Source of the DNA: Octopus vulgaris
Lineage: Eukaryota
Length of the DNA: 64,000 bases
Reading direction: 5' to 3'
Assembly: GCA_951406725.2 (NCBI GenBank)
Contig: OX597824.1
Span: 37,944,001 to 38,008,000 of the forward strand
The notes under the pieces were generated by a model that was not told the origin of the DNA, did not search any database, and saw only the letters and a program-made list of their open reading frames with translations. Below, in pieces: positions 1 to 12,678 of the stretch. The position numbers were made by a program, and so were the translations under genes. The first letter of the stretch is position 1, and every line of letters begins with the position of its first letter.

Positions 1-78
1 CTGTCCTAGTTTTTCCCCTCTATGTTTAGCCCCTTATGGGCAATAAAGAAATATATATGCATATTTTCTTTATACAGA

Positions 79-311
79 AGGCAGCAAGCTGGCAGAAACG
101 TTAGCATGCCGGGCGAAATGCTTTGCAGTATTTCGTCTGCCGTTACGTTCTGAGTTCAAATTCCACCGAGGTCGACTTTACCTTTCATCCTTTCGGAGTC
201 GATAAATTAAGCACCAGTTACGCACTGGGGTCGATGTAATCAACTTGATCCGTTTGTCTGTCCTTGTTTGTCCTCTCTGTGTTTAGCCCCTTGTGGGTAG
301 TAAAGAAATAG
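79..311 (+). mobile_element. SINE family A (tRNA-like head plus Nin/Deu-like central domain)
   Basis: Head ggcagcaagctggcagaaacgttagc, B-box-like gagttcaaattcc, central gtcgactttacctttcatcctttcggagtcgataaattaagcaccag. Same sequence recurs across the window; bases 1-51 are another tail of it. Confidence 0.85.
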
Positions 312-799
312 GTATGCATGTCTTTGGAGTACTCAGCCACTTGCAGATTAATTTCATGAGCAGGCTGTACCATTGAATGAATCAACTGAAACCTTGTCAT
401 CATAACCAACAGAGTGCCAGGGAAGCAAGAGAACAATTATTCATCCTGAGTACATTTTCAACAGGTTTTAATTTTTCAGTTTCCTTGTTCAGCAAAATTG
501 AATCTCATAATTTTCTTTTATTGCTTTTTCTGTCACATGACCAAAGTCTTGGATGAATTTTCCTTATTCAATACTTTATTTGACCAACCTCCTAGTGTTG
601 TGAACACTGCTTAATCGTTAGTGATGTATTGATGGCCACTGACATCTGAGGAACCAAAACAAAGTGTTATATCATAGCCTTCACTCTGATTCTCAATAAT
701 CCCATGAAAATTCATCTTTGTAGTATCATAAATCACAATCCTAAAAATTATCAGCCTAACACATCATAGTATTATCACTGAAACATGGAATTAATGAAT

Positions 800-1200
800 C
801 TTTTACTTGTTTCAGTCATTTGACTGTGGCCATGCTGGAGCAACGCCTTTAGTCGAGCAAATCAACCCCAGGACTTATTCTTTGTAAGCCTAGTACTTAT
901 TCTATCAGTCTCTTTCGCTGAACTGCTAAGTTACGGGGACGTAAACACACCAGTATCGTTTGTCAAGCGATGTTAGGGGGGGGGGGGCAAACACAGACAC
1001 ACAAACATATACACACACACACATATATATATATACAACAGGCTTCTTTCAGTTTCCATCTACCAAATCCACTCACAAGGCTTTGGTCGGCCCAAGGCTA
1101 TAGTAGAAGACACTTGCCCATGGTGCCATGCAGTGGGACTGAACCCGGAACCATGTGGTTGGTAAGCAAGCTACTTACCACTCAGCCACTCCTATGCCTA
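800..1200 (-). mobile_element. SINE family B (tRNA-like head, CORE-like motif, internal (TA)(TG) microsatellite)
   Basis: Reverse complement of the 2365-2773 copy over its full length. Confidence 0.9.
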
Positions 1201-1896
1201 TAGAATATAATCATGTATTTGTTGTGATTCACTTAGCAGAGATGCAAACCCTGCTCTTATTTCACTTTCCTCAAATTGTTTGTTTATTGAACACATGCTC
1301 ATGGTTTGATCTTGACTTGGCACAATTGTCCAGATTACTAATCAGTTGGCAACTGGGATTTATATCACTCCAAGAGCTTCCATTGTTCCACTGTATTACA
1401 TAAGGACATTAGAAGATACTTTCTGTAGAAAGCAGGTTTATTGCTAGACACCTCCTCTTCTCATCATTCTGGCCATACCTTTCTTCTTCTTCTTTTCTCC
1501 TGTATGTCTTCCTGTCTCTCCCCACCCCTCTCACATTGACCACATGCTGAGATAAGCTTCAACAGAAATTCTGAATTTATAAATGTTTCAACAGAAATTC
1601 TACACTTTCAATCAAGAAATAAACAAGCAAATCTTGCATTTGCCAAGTGAGAGATTGCTCAAAGAGAAAGTACAAACATCCCAACATCCATGATGAACTT
1701 GAACATTCTACAGTATGGTAAAACTACAAACTTTTGCTGCTATTTCTAGCATTCTCATTGCATTTACAAACTTTTGGCTTTCTCCAAAGATTCCTCGTAA
1801 CAGCTTGTAATTAGCCCACTTAAATGTTTTTTATTGTTTATAATCTGTAAGACTATAAGTAAGTCTTGTATTTAATATAATTTTGTCTTGAAGATA

Positions 1897-2108
1897 ATGA
1901 GCTGGGAAAATCATTAGCATGCTAGGCTAAATGCTTTGTAGTATTTTGTCCATCTTTCCATTCTTAATTTGAATGCCTCTGAGGTCAACTTTGCCCTTTA
2001 TCCTTTTGGGGGTCAATAAAATAAGCATCAGTCATGTACTGGGGTCGATGTAATCAACTCACCCCTCCCCCCAAATTGCTAGTTTTATGCTAAAATTTGA
2101 ACTTAATA
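1897..2108 (+). mobile_element. SINE family A, diverged copy with alternative tail
   Basis: gagctgggaaaatcattagcatgc...gaggtcaactttgccctttatccttttggggg...ggggtcgatgtaatcaac, then ccccaaattgctagttttatgctaaaatttgaa. Confidence 0.7.
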
Positions 2109-2364
2109 TTGTTTTGTCTCATTTCATGCACAAAATTCACATACACTTACTTTGTTCTTATTATTTACTCTTAAAATTAAATCACTGTTTGTGACAGGAC
2201 ATCATTGCCCATCTTACTCTATATTTCTCAAATTCACACATATACATGCATTCATTACTTAATGCCTTTCTCTGTCTCCTTCACACATATATAAACTTCT
2301 ATATACACATTTATAAAATGCTACATACACATTTATAAACCGCTATATACATGTTTAATAACAT

Positions 2365-2528
2365 AGGCGCAGGAGTGGCTGTGTGGTAAGTAGCTTGCTT
2401 ACCAACCACATCGTTCCAGGTTCAGTCCCACTGCGTGGTACCTTGGGCAAGTGTCTTCTACTATAGCCTCGGGCCGACCAAAGCCTTGCGAGTGGATTTG
2501 GTAGACGGAGACTGAAAGAAGCCCGTCG

Positions 2529-2559
<31 letters not shown>

Positions 2560-2773
2560 TTGTGTGTCTGTGTTTGTCCCCCCAACATCGCTTGACAACC
2601 GATGCTGGTGTGTTTACGCCCCCGTAACTTAGCGGTTCAGCAAAAGAGACCGATAGAATAAGTACTAGGCTTACAAAGAATAAGTCCTGGGGTCGATTTC
2701 CTCGACTAAAGGCGGTGCTCCAGCATGGCCGCAGTCAAGTGACTGAAACAAGTAAAAGATAAAAGAGAAAGAG
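2365..2773 (+). mobile_element. SINE family B, full-length young copy
   Basis: A-box-like tggctgtgtggt, B-box-like ggttcagtccc, CORE-like accttgggcaagtgtc, CpGs intact, aaaaga-type tail. Inserted into a tatatacacatttataaa tandem repeat (about 2285-2350 and 2775-2812). Confidence 0.9.
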
Positions 2774-3169
2774 ATATTTATAAGCTACTATATACACATT
2801 TATAAACTACTATCTAAATATGCATTATTTCTCTTTGATGATCTCTCACAACAATCTGGTAGCACACCAATATTTACTAAATATATTATAGTTAATGAAA
2901 TATTTCATGTAATGCAAAAGAAGTGAAGCTGAGCATACACTAGGGTAACTCATTTATTGATAAACCAAAAATCAATGTTGCCCCAAATCTAATTATAATA
3001 TATTCTTATCACATGCTGATCCTATCATGGATTTTCTGTTTTTCTGATAAGCAGTGCCTTGGCAAAAGATGCTAAGAAACTATCCGAGTGAGACAGAAAG
3101 AAGATAACAGGAATCAGAAACTCAGAAGATAAAAAATCTTTAATATAACAGAAATTGGATGCCTGCTTA

Positions 3170-4860
3170 TTATTCAGCAAACATGCAAAGTCTGCTATGC
3201 CAGAGGTGGAACCATGAAGACTTGCTTTCTGCCTTCAGTCCAAGAAGTAGAGACAGTGCCCTGGCCATTCTGGTTGCTCTTAAAAGATTGTTAGTCTCCA
3301 CTTTCAACCTAGTGGATCATAGTAGCACTCTGGTTGCTACTGCAGCTGCACAGGTGGTTCCCTTTAGTTTCTTCATGAACAAAAAAATGACTAAACACTT
3401 TCTACTGTCTCATAGTACTGGTATTCTATCTGGTTACTCAACCCAGTTTTTTGCATTATTTCTTCATTTGTGGTTTGGTTGCACCAAGAAGTTATGTGTA
3501 CAATTCTGAGGCAACTACTGAGGAAAACATGTGAAGTTGTAGCAATTTTACTGATCTTTTCCCACATCTCACAGGCATAAATCGCCATCAGTTTAATGAT
3601 GGATATACATAGACAGAGTTTGGCATTGTAGTTGCTGGAAGAGATGGACCATACAGGTCTCAGAGGCTTGAAAATAGTTGCAGCTATCCTGAGTCATTTC
3701 TCTGCATTTTTTTCCCAACTTCCTATCTTTAATGATGTTACTGCTCATGTACTTGACTGAAAAAATGAATTCATGAATCTGGCTTTACAGTCATACTAGT
3801 TGCTGCTGACCAGGAGTATTCTGAAAGGCGGCAAGCTGGCAGAAATGTTAGCATGCCGGGCGAAATGCTTAGCGACATTTCATCTGCCATTACATTCTGA
3901 GTTCAAATTCCACCGAGGTCGACTTTGCCTTTCATCCTTTCAGGGTCAATTAAATAAGTACCAGTTACTCACTGGGGGCTTGATGTAATCGACTTAATTC
4001 CTTTGTCTGTCCTTGCTTGTCCACTCTATGTTTAGCCCCCTGTGGGCAATAAAGAAATAAGTAGTATTCTGACCCAAAATATTCTGGCTGCTCACCAATA
4101 ATATTCACACATTTATTTTCCTTGATGATCTGAATACCAGCCTTTGAGTAGATATTGCTGAGACTGATGATAATGTCTTTCATTACTGTACCTAAGGTAC
4201 TAAAAAATCTCAGATTGTTGGCAAAATCAAGATCTCTGAGTCTTCCTTGTCCCTATTTGATGCCACATACCTGATCCCCCATAGACTTCCTCATGGTGAA
4301 ATCTACCACCACCACTACTACTACCACAGTACACATACCCCTATCATGATGTCATACATATCCATGTTCTTACCTCATAACACACACATCGCCCGGTCTG
4401 AGATTCAAACCCACGAGTTCACTGCTCTAACCACTAGGCCATGTGCCTCCACAAGTTCGGGGATGAGGTTAAGTCGATTTCATCAACCCCAATGCTCACT
4501 TGGTACTTATTTTCTCAACTTAAAGTGATTACATGTTGTTGATATATTGGGTGGGCACTTCATACAGTACAATGGTCTTCTTCAGAGATTCTCTGTGAAT
4601 ACTTGTTGAAGTAAGAGAAGTTGACAGCATGTGGCTATTGGAACGTATGGCTCAAATCAGAGTGTTTCATAGCTTGAGAATTCTATCTATTCCTCTTGTA
4701 AATGCTCACCAACCATTTTCTTCATGCAGGTAAGAGGAATATTTCAGAACATTTTGCCAGGAACAGACAGCAGAGTTATTCTATGCCATTTATTGCATTC
4801 TCTTATAGTTCTTTGCTTTGGTGATGCTATAATCATGCCATCACCCAGATGTCAATGACT
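3170..4860 (-). mobile_element. Decayed RTE-type LINE fragment (RT and C-terminal region), interrupted
   Basis: ORF 3391-3588 IYACEMW...CLRIVHITSWCNQTTNEEI resembles the RTE LLYGCETW/ITNEEV region. Minus strand near 4215-4240 reads LRDLDFANNL (FADD-like). Confidence 0.65.
3825..4062 (+). mobile_element. SINE family A with 10-bp TSD
   Basis: Full copy flanked by agtattctga at 3815-3824 and 4063-4072. Confidence 0.9.
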
Positions 4861-4914
4861 TCTTCAAATTATATTGATTTCAAATTTTGGCATAAGACCA
4901 GCAAGTTTGGGATG

Positions 4915-5211
4915 TTGTTTGTTTGTTTGTTCCTTCTCAAGTCATGACTGCCTCATAAGGGCCGGTTTCCCAGTTTCCTTGGCGTATAGGTTTTCTACCT
5001 GGACGGGATGGCAGTTCGTTGCAGGTGAGCTGCAAGATGCAGGAGGAAAGAGTGAGAGAAAGTTGTGGCGAAAGAGTGAGCAGAAGTTTGCCATTACCTT
5101 CTGCCGGAGCTGCGTGGAGCTTAGGTGTTTCACTCATAAACACACACATCGCCCGGTCTGAGATTCAAACCCATGAGTTCACTGCTCTAACCACTAGGCC
5201 ATGTGCCTCCA
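4915..5211 (-). mobile_element. SINE family D (body D, tail X) nested in a family A copy
   Basis: Head and body match 37902-38090. TSD-like caagtttgggatg (4902-4914) and caagttcggggatg (5212-5225). Host family A copy continues at 4875-4914 and 5212-5398. Confidence 0.8.
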
Positions 5212-6619
5212 CAAGTTCGGGGATGGGGTTAAGTCGATTTCATCAACCCCAATGCTCACTTGGTACTTATTTTCTCAACTTGAAAAGGATGAAAGGCAAA
5301 GTCAACCTCAGCAGAATTTGAACTCGGAACATAAAGACAGATGAAATGCCACTAAGTATTTTGCCCAAAGTGCTAACAATTCTGCTAGCTTGCCACCTTC
5401 TTATTAAACTATATTAAGTTGCAAAAGTGTTCCAACTCTTTCGTGATTACATCCCCGCCGCTCTTAAACAGCTCCACATTGACTAGCGCTACTGTTTTAT
5501 TGTTCTTCAAGCAACAAGTAACTTTGGTGACTTCTTCTGTTGAGATATTCTCCTCTGTCATCTGCTGGTGACTCACCAAAACATTTCAATTCAGTGAAGT
5601 CAATGAGTTCAACACTTTTTGGAAATGTTCCACCTTTTGATTGATCCTTATTTGTTACCAATGTCCACTTATCCTTACTTTTATTTGCTCACACATCAAC
5701 CATTTCTTGCTCCAGTCAGCTCTTGCATGATTCTTGTATAATTCCTTACTGTAACTTCTTTTGACCCTTTGTCTTTCTCCTATGGGTAGTGGGTAGTATC
5801 CTCAGTTATTACTATGGGGATTGACAATGCTACTTACCCATGTTTCAGGCTTGGCTGACACATTCTGGAATTAGCTGCTCTGATCCAGGGTTATAGATCC
5901 TTTCTGTTGACTTCGAAGCTTTAGTTCAGTATATATATCATAGGTGTCCCCAGAATGACCCATGTTTATGAAGGAGAAGGGATGAAGCACAAGACTAACA
6001 GCATTGCCTTCAGTTTTCAAACTGCAATAGAGTCTGTGAGTAGATTCAACCATCCAGGTGGTTAGGTTCTTTGCAATAATCATTGACTCTCTGATTGTTT
6101 ACAGAAGAGTTTATATATTTTCTTTACCTTGCAGTACCTAACAGCTTGCAATGATGCAATGAAGTGGTTTATTCACCAGGAGCAAAAGTCGAGGATTTTC
6201 AGCAGTCTTTTTGAAGCAATCGGAAACTTGAGACTGTCAATAACTGTATGTTATGGCCAAGTCTTATAATGTCGAAAACACCATATAGAATGAAATAACT
6301 TCTCTCCAATCAAAAACTAGGGAAATTGCTCCAAAAGCTCTCTTTACACACAGCTGAGCCCATAATTTAAATGTGGTTCTAATTGATGCAGGAAGCTCTA
6401 ATACTCAAGCCTAGTTGTTTTTTGAAACCTTAGAGAGTATCTATACCTTTTTTTTTACCTGGTAATTTACTTCATCTTTCAGTACTAAAAGAAGAAAGAT
6501 ATAATCAGATCAAAATCATTTGATCTGACTCTAGAAAAAATTGTGATACTATTTGAGTATACAGAAAGTCACTTGTAATGGTTATTCTGTAGAACTTATC
6601 AATATCTATACTAGCTCTA

Positions 6620-6831
6620 AGGCAGCCAACTGGTAAAATTGTTAGTGTGCTGGGCAAAAATGCTTAGCAGCATTATGTCCAATCTTATATTCTGAGTAGA
6701 AATTCTGCCAAGGGCTTTACTTTTCATCTTTTCATCGTTCAATAAAATAAATACCAGTGGAGCAGTGAAGTCACTATAGTTGACTTATCCCTCACCCAAA
6801 ATTGCTGGCCTTGTGCCAAAATTCAGAACCA
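6620..6831 (+). mobile_element. SINE family A, diverged
   Basis: ggcagccaactggtaaaattgttagtgtgctggg...ccctcacccaaaattgctggccttgtgccaaaattcagaacc. Confidence 0.65.
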
Positions 6832-6842
6832 ATATAAGTACT

Positions 6843-7089
6843 GAAAAAATAAATAAATGCGCCCTTTTAAAGCCTAGCCAGGCTCATGGGCCCGGTTTCC
6901 ATGGCGTATGTGTTCTTCAGATGGATGGGACGCCAGTCCATTGCAGTGTTACTCATTTTTGCCAGCTGAGTGGACTGGAGCAATGTGAAATGAAGTATTT
7001 TGCTCAAGAACACAACGTGTCGCCCAGTCCAGGAATCGAAACCACAATCTTACGATCATGATGCTGACACCCTAACCACTTGCCTCCAC
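6843..7089 (-). mobile_element. SINE family E (tRNA head, CORE-like body, tail X) with 11-bp TSD
   Basis: atataagtact at 6832-6842 and 7090-7100. Minus strand has ggtttcgattcc (B box) and ttcttgagcaaaatacttcatttcac (CORE-like). Confidence 0.85.
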
Positions 7090-8862
7090 ATATAAGTACT
7101 AGCTCTACAAAAAATTCTGCATGGTGAGATAGAAAACTGTAATACTAAGCAACTCACTGATTCAAAGGTTTCAAGTTATAACATTCAGTACTTGTGAATT
7201 CTTAGTTATTCTTATGTTCTGGAATAAAGTGCTAGACAAGGCTTCTGATTTATCTACGCATTTATGGAAAAGTAGTCTAGATATGGTATCAACTCATTTG
7301 ATGCAGCTTTTTGGAAAAGATACAAAAAGTATGAAAAATGAGCTTGAATGGCAAAGCATTGCTTGCACTTTGCTACTAGAGGCCTGAAAATACCACGCCC
7401 ATGTTATGGGTCTCAGAGTTATTGTAGAACACTAGAACAAGAGTCAAAGAAAACACTAATAGAACAAAAAATAAACAAGGATGGTTCTAAAGCCCATTAG
7501 AGCTATGTCCCCAAGATTGATCCCTTTTAACCATGTCAGTTTTCAGGCCCCAAATTGTTCATTCCAGTTTAATGCATTTGATAGTAGGGAGAAGATGGGG
7601 GAAGCAATGATGAAGTAGAAATAGAGAGAAAGATAAACAGATGCATAAGAAAGTTAGGGGAGCAGGATGGTGAGAGGTTTTTAAAAACCCATTTGTGGTC
7701 ATGTATAAATATGTTTGTGTATACATTTTCTTTTTAAGTGCAGGAGACTATTAAGAACCAATCCTTGTATTCAGGATATATCCAACTAGCTGGTTAAAGT
7801 AAATGTTAACTCATGAGGACAGGAGTAGTAAGCTTCCTTTTCAGATTTCATGTAGGCACCTAAGTGGAGGGAGCTCTTCAGTATGATACTTTTTTCTGCT
7901 AAACTAAGTCTGCATCACCTATTGCTGTTGCAGTAAGGGCTTGTGCAGCCTTTTTTGTCAAAAGTCATATATATCTTGCCAATGTTATGATATTATATCT
8001 CTCCTGGATATTAAATGACTTGTGGTTGTTGAAACTGTTAGTGAATGTGCCTTCCATTGTGCCCCACATGTTTTCCTGTTCTTAGTTGCCTGTGGAATAA
8101 ACATTTTCCACACATACATAAATACAGGGAAATTTTTCAAAAATATACTTTGAAAGTTTCATTTAGCATCACAACTAGCATAAAAAAGAATTGGCTCTTC
8201 CTTTATCAGTGCTCTTTTCACCATATATATAATATATAACAAATATACATGCCTACATATACACACACACGTACACTCACATGCATCCACATACACCTAC
8301 ATACATGTGCCCATGCACACACAAATATATACTTTGCAAAGATTAATAAAGTATTTTTTTCCTTCTATCTTAATTCACTTTTAGAAGACATTTGTGACAC
8401 ACAATTTAAATGCTCCTCTTGAAATCCCAGAATGAAAGGGTTTTGCTCTTCACACAACTGGTACATAGAAAATGTCCATCTACTTTTTAATATTCTTTTT
8501 CTTTTAATACTTTTGAATATTTGCACACACAAGTATGTTTTAACTTTAAAACATTTATTACTGGGACACAAGTTTCACTAAAAAAAAAAGGTAAGTTTTC
8601 TTTCTTTATTCATTAGTAAAGCAGCAGGGCATGCGTTTAATTGAAATGGCTAAGGTTTGTGTACCAGTCATTATTACGGTATACTTCCTGCATACGTAAC
8701 AATTTTGGATCTAATTACGGGTGCTTTGCTCATTAATTTTCAGTTGACCAAAGCCAAGGGTAGAAACAAAACGGTTTTCAGTTTATACAGTATAAAAATG
8801 TGAAATGGTTGAGTAAGAATAGCAGGAGTTGTTCGGTGTAATTACAATTGTTCTTGTGTGTA

Positions 8863-9030
8863 ACACCACCACCTCTACGATTATCATCATCAACGTCACT
8901 GTCACTACCACCACCACCATCACCACCAGCACCGTCGTCGTCGTCACCACTACCATCAGCAGCACCGTCGTCGTCACCACTACCATCAGCAGCAGCACCC
9001 CTCCCGCACTACCACCACCATCAGCAGCAG
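8863..9030. repeat. Compound trinucleotide low-complexity tract (CAC/CAT/CGT/CAG)
   Basis: accaccacc...gtcgtcgtc...cagcagcag, with cagcaccgtcgtcgtc(gtc)accactaccatcag present twice. Confidence 0.85.
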
Positions 9031-9255
9031 TTCTTATTTCCTTTAGTTTTAGACAAACTGGGCAGATAGGTTAAAAATCCTTTCTGCTGACTCGCGTCGT
9101 TCTCTTAACAAGGCCTCCCTCTATACTTATTGATGTTTATATCTTCATAAATATATATTAACCACAGTTTACTACTATTAAACACAGTTTGCCTCAATTC
9201 TGCTGGATGAAGATATTCTAGATTTACTTAAAAAAAAAAAAAGCTCTTATTTTAG

Positions 9256-9291
9256 CTGCGATGGAGGAAAGCTTCTCTGCAAGTGATGCTG
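9256..9291 (+). CDS. Candidate 36-nt exon, possibly a start-codon exon (MEESFSASDA); product unknown
   Basis: ttattttag|ctgcgATGGAGGAAAGCTTCTCTGCAAGTGATGCTG|gtatgt, inside the CpG island. No homology recognised. Confidence 0.3.
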
Positions 9292-12200
9292 GTATGTAAA
9301 CAACATTGTTTTATTAATTCTGAAATATTTCTTCAGAATCATCATTTTCCCGTCCGGTTGCCAATTTTCTCATCATTTATACAACATCATCTTTTACTAT
9401 CTTTTAATTATTTTTTTCATTATATTTCATATTACCCTTAGTTCTTTAGACGTAATCTACTCCTTCCCTTCTTACCGAAATTCTGAGACATTTTTTTACG
9501 TCTTGGGAACGAAGACATTCTTATTCAACAGACATTAAGTAATTATTATTATTACTACCCAAATATACTTCACTCTAGAGATGTTTCTTTCCTTGTTTTA
9601 AACAACTGGGCACCTTTTTAATGTTCTGTTGTAACTCTATCCTGGCATCTCTGATAATGGAAGAAACAGACCGACTGACGACTGTTCTGTCTTTATAAAA
9701 ATTGACAGTTCAACTGAATTGTTTAAGTAAAAGGGATTTATTCTTTTATTGTTCTCTACTCTCTTCATTAGTAGACAAATTCATCTCTTTTACATACTGC
9801 CTACTTACATTATCGTGAAATCTTTTAAAACGATTCTCTTAATATCTTCCAAATGGTAATGCCGCCAACATAAACCCTTTTTTCTTCTTTTTTTTTGCTT
9901 TCAATATTAACTTCTGATAACTCTCATGCTGGTATTAAATTACTGTTAATATTTGTGGGAAATACGTTTCTTCAGTAATTATTTGTTATGTATTGTCGAT
10001 TAATAATTGTGAAACCAACTTGATGAAACCAAGCATTTTCACTTCGGTGAATAATCACCGTAAAGCCTCGATCATAAACTTATTAAAGTTTAATTTTAGT
10101 CGGTGTCTCCTTCCACTGAATATAATGTAGTGTCTTTATTGTCACAGTTATGTTGTTGAACATAACCGGCAAATTACAATTTAATTTCTGCCCATTGCCG
10201 TCAATATGTTCATACTGTACATACATATACATACTACTATTATATTGCATATATACATACTGTACATGCATAGTGTGTATATAAACATACTGTACATATA
10301 CATATATATCTACAAAATAAATTATATTTTTCACTTATGTCTGTAACAGTTATTTTGTCCTGTTATCTCCACCCCGAATCGACTTTGAACTACCGTTGCT
10401 CCATTTCTTTCATTATCTTCACTTTTTTTTTCTTCTTCAGATACAAGGAAGCTAATTACTTTCAGTATTTTTTTTCTTCATAAATATACTTCCGTAAATG
10501 ATAATCAATCTTCGCTAATTATCTGTTCATCGTTCAAACCGTATTAAGAATTACTACGGTTTGTCTATGGTTTATTAAGTGTAATTAGCCACTTGTGGCT
10601 TTTGTTTTGAAATATTATACGCACACCTTACAGGAAAGGGTTTGCACCGGTTTCTTATTCGTTCATATTATCGATCAATTATATATAACTATTTTCTAAA
10701 TTTTAGAACGATGTTTATGATGTTAAGTATTTTTAAGGGAAATATATTTTAGAAATTGAAACGTACACATACTATATGTGAACGAAGCTTTTAATTCCAG
10801 CGATAAAGCCCTTCTCAGTGTTTGACACACCCTCTCCAATATTAAGTTCCCTTCTGTTCCCCTATATTATAAAGAAGGCCTTTAAAACTAAATGACTTTG
10901 GTTTAATTTCAATAAACATTCGTCTCATGTCTTGTTCTTTTACTCTCAACAATTGCCAAATACTGCGCATAATAAACTCCACACGTTTACTACATGTGAG
11001 TCGCGTCTGCCACTAAATTATTATTATTATTATTGTCAGCCGTAACCCATCACTTGTTTCTCAATTTACTATTTTGGGAAAAAGCCTAAACGTCACATAG
11101 TCTAATTTCTTCTTTCCTATGAAATTGGAGTCTTGTCAATATTGTTTACCCTTGTACATCATTCATCTACGTACAACCCAGTCAGCATCCCATACTGGGC
11201 ATCGATTCCGAAACTGCCGTTTGCAGTTGTTACTTTGAAGCTCTGAAACATAACTCTGTGTTATATATACACGTACACACACACACACATATATTTATAA
11301 ATGAAAATATTTTTGTCTTGATCCTGTACTGTACACGTAAGACGAAGTGTGTGTAGTGTGTTCACACCGGTTTCTGTATTGAACATGCATTTTTATATTT
11401 ACTCATAAAAGAATCCTTTCGAAATAATAAAAGGTTAAGATATGTGTTACTCTTGAATAACCAAGATAGATTTTTAATGATGTGTAAATTAATCATTTGC
11501 ATAACATCACTAGCTTTAATGTACACTTACGATGGAAGCCGAAGGTAATGAGGGAAGCTTGTCAATGTGTGAACTGGACACAGTATCCTGATGTCAGTCA
11601 GGTCAAGACAATTAATACTCAGAACTGGGCAATAAATATGACATGGTCTGTTAGTAAATTACTGTAAAATTTATAGTTTCTGAGTTTTAGAGGGGTAGAT
11701 TCGCACCTCACCTTGAAAAATGTATTTTTTCTAAAGGAGTTTATTCGGATTCCTAGGTTTTACATTCGGAAATTACGAATTTGCAAAAAAAAAAAAAAAT
11801 CAATATTTACTCCCCACCGCCAAGCAACCTCCTAATTTTAAATATCTTGTATATTGAAGTGTGGAAATTTCATTAAAGCAGGTATGTAACCTGGAATAAT
11901 ACGGGGATTTTAACAACAATATCGAAACAAGAAGACCTAAGAATATTTTTTTGGTGCTTTAGTTAATTTCCTGAATTTTTTTTTTTTGCTCAAAATTTTT
12001 ATTATTCAGCCCCTCGCCCCCACTGCAGATAATTCGCCCTTCCCCATAAGTGTTTTCATTTTTTTTCCCGGATATGTTTTTCTAAATTACTTTAACATGG
12101 GAAATTACTTTTAGGCATAAAAAAAAATTATTTTCAGTTTTTTTTTATTTACCCCTAATTATCTCTTGAAGAGTATGCTACTACTTGTTAAAAAAGAGTA

Positions 12201-12678
12201 CCTCCTACTCTACAGCAGGACCTCTGGGCCTCTTCATAGCCCTAGATCTTTTAAAACTCTATACACAAGCAATAACATGTACAAACATACAAATCTATAC
12301 TTAAAGTATTAGAAATGAATAAACAACTTTTCTCTGGTGCTTTTATTGATACACTACTTTCCATTAACAGTACCTGTGGAAATTCCAAAGTTATTTTAAA
12401 GAACTGTTAGATAGTTTGAAGTTTATAGAGATCCACAAGCTATAATTACTTTTAAATTTGTATTCTGTTTGAAACAGTAAAGTTTTAACCATTGAGATGA
12501 AATCAAAGACTGTATTATTCTGTGACTACAACTACTTTGTTAAAGATTTACCAAAACTTAATACACTATATTAGATCCTTATTTTCATTTAAGGAAAAGC
12601 TAATGCAACTAGACTTGAAAGGAATCTTAGAGAATGGTATAATAGCTGTGAGGTGTCCAAAATACTTATCCATAACAT

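Larger units (their letters stand above)
8385..11900. promoter_or_regulatory. CpG-retaining, SINE-free island; candidate promoter or first-exon region
   Basis: Dozens of CpG dinucleotides by eye in AT-rich unique sequence, against CpG-poor unique DNA elsewhere. No recognisable SINE/LINE. Plus-strand donors AG|GTAAGT (8590/8591) and CTG|GTATGT (9291/9292). Confidence 0.5.

Noticed and set aside
970-2588. Recurring ORFs MLGG..QTQTHKH..TEPGTMWLVSKLLTTQPLL (also 49121-49483)
   Set aside because: Antisense translations of SINE family B, not a gene family.
6135-6245. Possible 111-nt plus-strand exon (ttgcag|YLTACNDAMKWF...|gtatgt)
   Set aside because: No recognisable protein, and the opposite strand weakly resembles decayed RTE sequence. 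Cannot be supported without RNA data.
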